From a virus (taxonomy: Duplodnaviria; Heunggongvirae; Uroviricota; Caudoviricetes): a DNA stretch of 11,509 bases. This document shows, in pieces, positions 7,773 to 11,509 of the stretch (positions within the stretch are counted from its first letter, which is position 1; the number at the start of each line of letters is the position of its first letter). The stretch lies in the IMG/VR virus record IMGVR_UViG_648276665_000003, positions 1 to 11,509 of that record. One strand, given 5' to 3'. The position numbers were made by a program, and so were the translations under genes. The notes under the pieces were generated by a model. The model saw nothing but the letters and a program-made list of their open reading frames with translations. It ran no database searches and had not been told where the DNA came from.

Positions 7773-8915
7773 TTAATCCTCTAATAATTTATCCCGAACA
7801 TATTCAATTCGTTCAATTACCTTCACGCGACTATTAGCTCCGTCTGAAGTGGTCAATCGTTTGAATTCTTCTGAGCTTAGCCAATCCAAGTTCTTGGGAA
7901 CAAGGTCAGGGATTTCACGTAATGCAAGTGCTGCGCCAACAGCGAGAGATTCGAATCTAACTCGAGGTGTAGATTTTGCAGTAATAGTTTTCTTGAATCC
8001 TGCTGGGAAATAGTTATCAACAAAAGATAGAACATTAGCAAACTCTTGTTTCATTGAGTTTTGTTTAGTTTCGTCTATATCTCGATTTTCTAACATATAG
8101 TCATTTAGAAAATCCCGTACGGAATGATCAAAGTTCTTGTACTTATCTAAGTAGGCAAAAAATCTTAATGTAAATTCTAACCGTTCATCTCGTTTTTCTT
8201 TAGTCTGAGATAAAGGTGCTAATTCTTTAAATTTAGGTATTGTTGAGCATGGCTTAATAACCTGTGTATATAAATTTGTTGAACCAAGTTCTGATCCTTT
8301 ACGGACTTCCATATCTTTCAATATATCGCTGCCAGAGTTAATACGTTCAAAAAGATCTCTACGGGTTTCTTCATTGCATTTAGAACTCAATTCTATAACG
8401 CGGACAGGAATTCTCATGAAACGACGTTGACGTGATAATGGTAAATCTTGGAATTTGAAACCATTAAGGGCGTCTAAAGATTTCAGATCTTGTAAAACTA
8501 ATTCATTTTGGATAAAAGCGTGTATAGTCCTAACTCGCTGTGAGCCATCAACAATCTCAATTCGCCCATCTAAATCGGGATCTTCGGAGAGAACATCTGC
8601 TGTAAATATATATGGTATAGGAAAACCCAAAATCAAAGACTCTATCAATCTTGATTGTCTTTTTTCACTCCAAACAAAATCCCTTTGATAATCAGGAACA
8701 AAGAGTTCGTTAGTATCATCCTCTAATCCGCTATGATACTTATTAACTAATAACTCAACGGTAAATTCTTTGGTCTCAAAATCCACATCCTTTTGCTCAG
8801 CACGAATTTGCTCTTCAGCGTTTTGCTTTATCACCTCTAGCTGAGCAAGCAACTCTGCTCTTTTCTTGGCATTATCTTCATTTTCTAGTTGAGATTTTAA
8901 ATCAATAATGTCCAT
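7773..8915 (-). CDS. DUF262 (ParB/GmrS-like NTP-binding) domain protein; first gene of a two-gene operon
   Basis: DUF262 signature blocks 'VPDYQRDFVW', 'LIESLILGFPIP' and 'DGSQRVRTI' (DGQQR-type). The likely start is the ATG at 8915 with AGGGAG 6 nt upstream; the ORF track extends to a TTG at 8933. There is no recognisable fused His-Me/HNH (DUF1524) domain. Confidence 0.8.
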   Translation of the reverse strand: MDIIDLKSQLENEDNAKKRAELLAQLEVIKQNAEEQIRAEQKDVDFETKEFTVELLVNKYHSGLEDDTNELFVPDYQRDFVWSEKRQSRLIESLILGFPIPYIFTADVLSEDPDLDGRIEIVDGSQRVRTIHAFIQNELVLQDLKSLDALNGFKFQDLPLSRQRRFMRIPVRVIELSSKCNEETRRDLFERINSGSDILKDMEVRKGSELGSTNLYTQVIKPCSTIPKFKELAPLSQTKEKRDERLEFTLRFFAYLDKYKNFDHSVRDFLNDYMLENRDIDETKQNSMKQEFANVLSFVDNYFPAGFKKTITAKSTPRVRFESLAVGAALALREIPDLVPKNLDWLSSEEFKRLTTSDGANSRVKVIERIEYVRDKLLED

Positions 8916-9100
8916 GTCTAGCTCCCTTAACAAGTGTTAAAAATTGAAGCGGATAGCATACCGCATAGATCATGAAAAATGCCATCATGTGCATGGATTT
9001 GCATGCGTCAGAAGTCGCTTTTATTGTTAGTTATCACTAGCGATGGTGTGCTCTTGGAGTGTTCATGCAACTGCATTAAAAATGCCCCATGAAGCGGGCG

Positions 9101-9119
9101 GGCGAGGCGGGGAAAGCAC
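9101..9119. other. cos site: 19-nt cohesive-end sequence of P2/186/P4-type phages
   Basis: Exact match to 'GGCGAGGCGGGGAAAGCAC', which I recall as the P2/P4 cohesive end. It lies between the end of the early region and gene Q, as in P2. Confidence 0.75.
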
Positions 9120-9261
9120 TGCGCGCTGGCGGTGGTGCTGATTTTATTTTTTCAGCGTCTGAGCGCGTCTTGATGGCGTTTAGATTGTGCGCCGGGGCGT
9201 TGGTGTGTCTGCGGGGTGTTTTGTGCGGTGGTGAGCGTGTGAGGGCGTGATGACGGGGTGT

Positions 9262-9283
9262 AAAAAAGCCGCCCGCAGGCGGC
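9262..9283 (-). terminator. Rho-independent terminator downstream of Q
   Basis: On the minus strand: stem GCCGCC / GGCGGC with a 4-nt loop followed by TTTTTT (plus strand 'AAAAAAGCCGCCCGCAGGCGGC'), immediately 3' of the Q stop. Confidence 0.6.
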
Positions 9284-9288
9284 GATGT

Positions 9289-10323
9289 TCAGCCGTTGTC
9301 AGTGTCCAGTGAGTAGTTTTTAAAGCGGATGACCTCCTGGCCGAGCCAGCCGTTTATTTCCCGAATCCTGTCCTGTAACGGGATAAGCTCATTGCGGACA
9401 AAGACCTTTGCCACTTTCTCAATATCACCCAGCGACCCGACGTTCTCCGGCTTGCCCCCCATCAACTGAAAGGGGATGCGGTGCGCGTCCAGCAGGTCAG
9501 CGGCGCTGGCTTTTTTGATATTAAAAAAATCGTCCTTCGTTGCCACTTCACTGAGCGGGATAATTTTAATGCCGTCGGCTTTCCCCTGCGGGGCATAGAG
9601 AAACAGATTTTTAAAGTTATTGCGGCCTTTTGACTTAACCATGTTTTCGCGAAGCATTTCGATATCGTTGCGGTCCTGCACGGCATCGGTGACGTACATG
9701 ATGTATCCGGCATGTGCGCCGTTTTCGTAATACTTGCGGCGGAACAGCGTGGCCGACTCATTCAGCCAGGCAGAGTTAAGGGCGCTGAGATATTCCGGCA
9801 GGCCGTACAGCTCCTGATTAATATCAGGCTCCAGCAGGTGAAACACGGAGCCGGGCGCGAAGGCTGTCGGCTCGTTGAAGGACGGCACCCACCAGTAAAC
9901 ATCCTCCTCCACGCCACGACGGGTATATTTGGCCGGTGAGGTTTCCAGTCTGATGACCTTACCGGTGGTGCTGTAACGCTTTTCCAGAAACGCATTACCG
10001 AACACCAGAAAATCCAGCACAAAGCGGCTGAAATCCTGCTGGGAAAGCCACGGATGCGGGATAAATGTCGAGGCCAGAATATTGCGTTTGACGTAAATCG
10101 GGGAGCTGTGATGCACGGCAGCACGCAGGCTTTTTGCCAGACCGGTAAAGCTGACCGGTGGCTCATACCATCTGCCGTTACTGATGCACTCAACGTAATC
10201 CAGAATGTCACGGCGGTCGAGTACCGGCACCGGCTCACCAAAGGTGAATGCCTCCATTTTCGGGGCGCTGGCGGTCATTTTTTTTGCCGCAGGTTGCGGT
10301 GTTTTCCCTTTTTTCTTGCTCAT
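9289..10323 (-). CDS. Q: Portal protein, P2 gpQ-like
   Basis: 344 aa, the same as P2 gpQ as I recall. It is the first gene after cos on the complementary strand, and its ATG overlaps the stop of the upstream terminase fragment (TGATG). Confidence 0.8.
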   Translation of the reverse strand: MSKKKGKTPQPAAKKMTASAPKMEAFTFGEPVPVLDRRDILDYVECISNGRWYEPPVSFTGLAKSLRAAVHHSSPIYVKRNILASTFIPHPWLSQQDFSRFVLDFLVFGNAFLEKRYSTTGKVIRLETSPAKYTRRGVEEDVYWWVPSFNEPTAFAPGSVFHLLEPDINQELYGLPEYLSALNSAWLNESATLFRRKYYENGAHAGYIMYVTDAVQDRNDIEMLRENMVKSKGRNNFKNLFLYAPQGKADGIKIIPLSEVATKDDFFNIKKASAADLLDAHRIPFQLMGGKPENVGSLGDIEKVAKVFVRNELIPLQDRIREINGWLGQEVIRFKNYSLDTDNG

Positions 10324-10592
10324 CAGTAAAACTCCAGAATGGTGGATGTCAGCGGGGTGCTGATACCGGCGGTGAGTGGCTCATTTAACAGGGCGTGCAT
10401 GGTCGCCCAGGCGAGGTCGGCGTGGCTGGCTTCCTCGCTGCGGCTGGCCTCATAGGTGGCGCTGCGTCCGCTGCTGGTCATGGTCTTGCGGATAGCCATA
10501 AACGAGCTGGTGATGTCGGTGGCGCTGACGTCATATTCCAGACAGCCACGGCGGATGACGTCTTTTGCCTTGAGCACCATTGCGGTTTTCAT
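10323..10592 (-). pseudogene. P: C-terminal fragment of the terminase ATPase subunit (P2 gpP-like); the 5' portion is missing
   Basis: The reading frame directly upstream of Q with stop/start overlap extends only about 90 codons before running into antisense FI sequence and a stop at 10716-10718; gpP should be about 590 aa. Identity rests on position. Confidence 0.55.
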
Positions 10593-10621
10593 TTCCGGCG
10601 TGTAACCGTACCTGCTCCGAT

Positions 10622-10969
10622 GACCCGCTGTTCCTCTTTGAAAACTACACCCGCACCGCGCAGGTGCTGGCCGACACGATGGCTGAGGCGCACATGTGGG
10701 CGGTGGACAAGCCCATCACCGCAACGCTGATTCGCGACATCGTTGACGGCATCAATGCCAAATTCCGTGAGCTGAAAACAAACGGCTATATCGTGGATGC
10801 GACCTGCTGGTTCAGCGAAGAATCCAACGATGCGGAAACCCTCAAGGCCGGAAAACTGTATATCGACTACGACTATACCCCGGTGCCTCCTCTTGAAAAC
10901 CTGACCCTGCGCCAGCGTATTACCGATAAATACCTGGCAAATCTGGTCACCTCGGTTAACAGCAATTAA
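10622..10969 (+). pseudogene. FI: C-terminal fragment of the tail sheath protein (P2 gpFI-like); the 5' portion is missing
   Basis: Open frame ending '[11 protein letters not shown]' immediately upstream of FII, with no plausible start or Shine-Dalgarno; about 115 codons against about 396 for intact gpFI. The fragment start is approximate. Confidence 0.55.
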
Positions 10970-10981
10970 GGAGCCTGACCG

Positions 10982-11500
10982 ATGGCAATGCCGCGCAAAC
11001 TCAAGTTAATGAACGTCTTTCTGAACGGCTACAGCTATCAGGGCGTCGCGAAGTCCGTCACGCTGCCAAAACTGACCCGTAAGCTCGAAAACTATCGCGG
11101 TGCGGGGATGAACGGCAGCGCACCGGTAGACCTCGGCCTTGATGACGATGCGCTGTCAATGGAGTGGTCGCTCGGGGGCTTCCCGGATTCGGTTATCTGG
11201 GAGCTTTACGCCGCAACCGGTGTGGATGCTGTGCCGATTCGTTTTGCAGGCTCTTACCAGCGTGACGATACCGGCGAAACGGTGGCCGTCGAAGTGGTCA
11301 TGCGTGGACGTCAGAAAGAAATCGACACCGGCGAGGGTAAACAGGGAGAAGACACTGAGTCGAAAATCTCCGTGGTCTGCACCTATTTCCGGCTGACGAT
11401 GGACGGTAAGGAGCTGGTCGAAATCGACACCATCAACATGATTGAGAAGGTGAACGGCGTCGACCGGCTGGAGCAACACCGCCGCAATATCGGCCTGTGA
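10982..11500 (+). CDS. FII: Tail tube protein, P2 gpFII-like
   Basis: 172 aa, the same as P2 gpFII as I recall, with strong Shine-Dalgarno TAAGGAG. It follows the FI fragment in the FI-FII order. Confidence 0.75.
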   Translation: MAMPRKLKLMNVFLNGYSYQGVAKSVTLPKLTRKLENYRGAGMNGSAPVDLGLDDDALSMEWSLGGFPDSVIWELYAATGVDAVPIRFAGSYQRDDTGETVAVEVVMRGRQKEIDTGEGKQGEDTESKISVVCTYFRLTMDGKELVEIDTINMIEKVNGVDRLEQHRRNIGL

Positions 11501-11509
11501 TTTTCATCC

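Noticed and set aside
8455-8688. 77-aa ORF on + strand inside the DUF262 gene
   Set aside because: It is antisense to the DUF262 CDS.
8916-8933. Extended DUF262 start at the TTG at 8933
   Set aside because: The ATG at 8915 has a near-perfect Shine-Dalgarno (AGGGAG) at optimal spacing; the TTG extension has none.
9462-10329. ORFs 9462-9761 (-), 9712-9939 (+), 9762-10241 (-), 10054-10329 (+) overlapping Q
   Set aside because: They are alternative-frame or antisense ORFs in GC-rich portal-gene sequence, with Cys/Arg-rich unnatural composition.
10395-10730. 111-aa + strand ORF spanning the P/FI junction, and the '[15 protein letters not shown]' N-terminus of ORF 10580-10969
   Set aside because: The first is antisense to the P fragment; the second is read-through of junction sequence upstream of the real FI-homologous part. 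Neither looks like a fusion protein.
11139-11479. ORFs 11139-11396 (+) and 11156-11479 (-) within FII
   Set aside because: They are alternative-frame or antisense to the tail tube CDS.
1-11509. tRNA genes, CRISPR arrays, IS elements
   Set aside because: No cloverleaf-like candidates, no regularly spaced short repeats, and no transposase-like ORFs or terminal inverted repeats were seen anywhere in the window.

Overview
This window reads as the left end of an integrated P2-like (Peduovirus-type) prophage from an enterobacterial host, with an AT-rich cargo island in the position where P2 carries tin/old. Order: Int arm-type repeats, int (-), C repressor (-), Pe promoter/operators, cox, a small ORF, B, four small early ORFs (one a CxxC zinc finger), replication initiator A (HUH rolling-circle), then the cargo island, then the 19-nt cos site, portal gene Q (-), a C-terminal fragment of terminase P (-) abutting a C-terminal fragment of tail sheath FI (+), and tail tube FII (+). 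The cargo is a cytosine-5 DNA methyltransferase convergent with a two-gene operon encoding a DUF262 (GmrS/ParB-like) protein and a 226-aa partner with a C-terminal Rx4H (HEPN-like) motif; this pair is the best candidate for an undescribed anti-phage system. The P/FI abutment implies loss of the capsid, lysis and most tail genes, so the prophage is defective although cos, integration, immunity and replication modules look intact. The first 24 nt are a poly-G/poly-T run that looks like a contig-edge artefact. All homology statements are from motif recognition and recalled P2 gene order and sizes, not from database searches.
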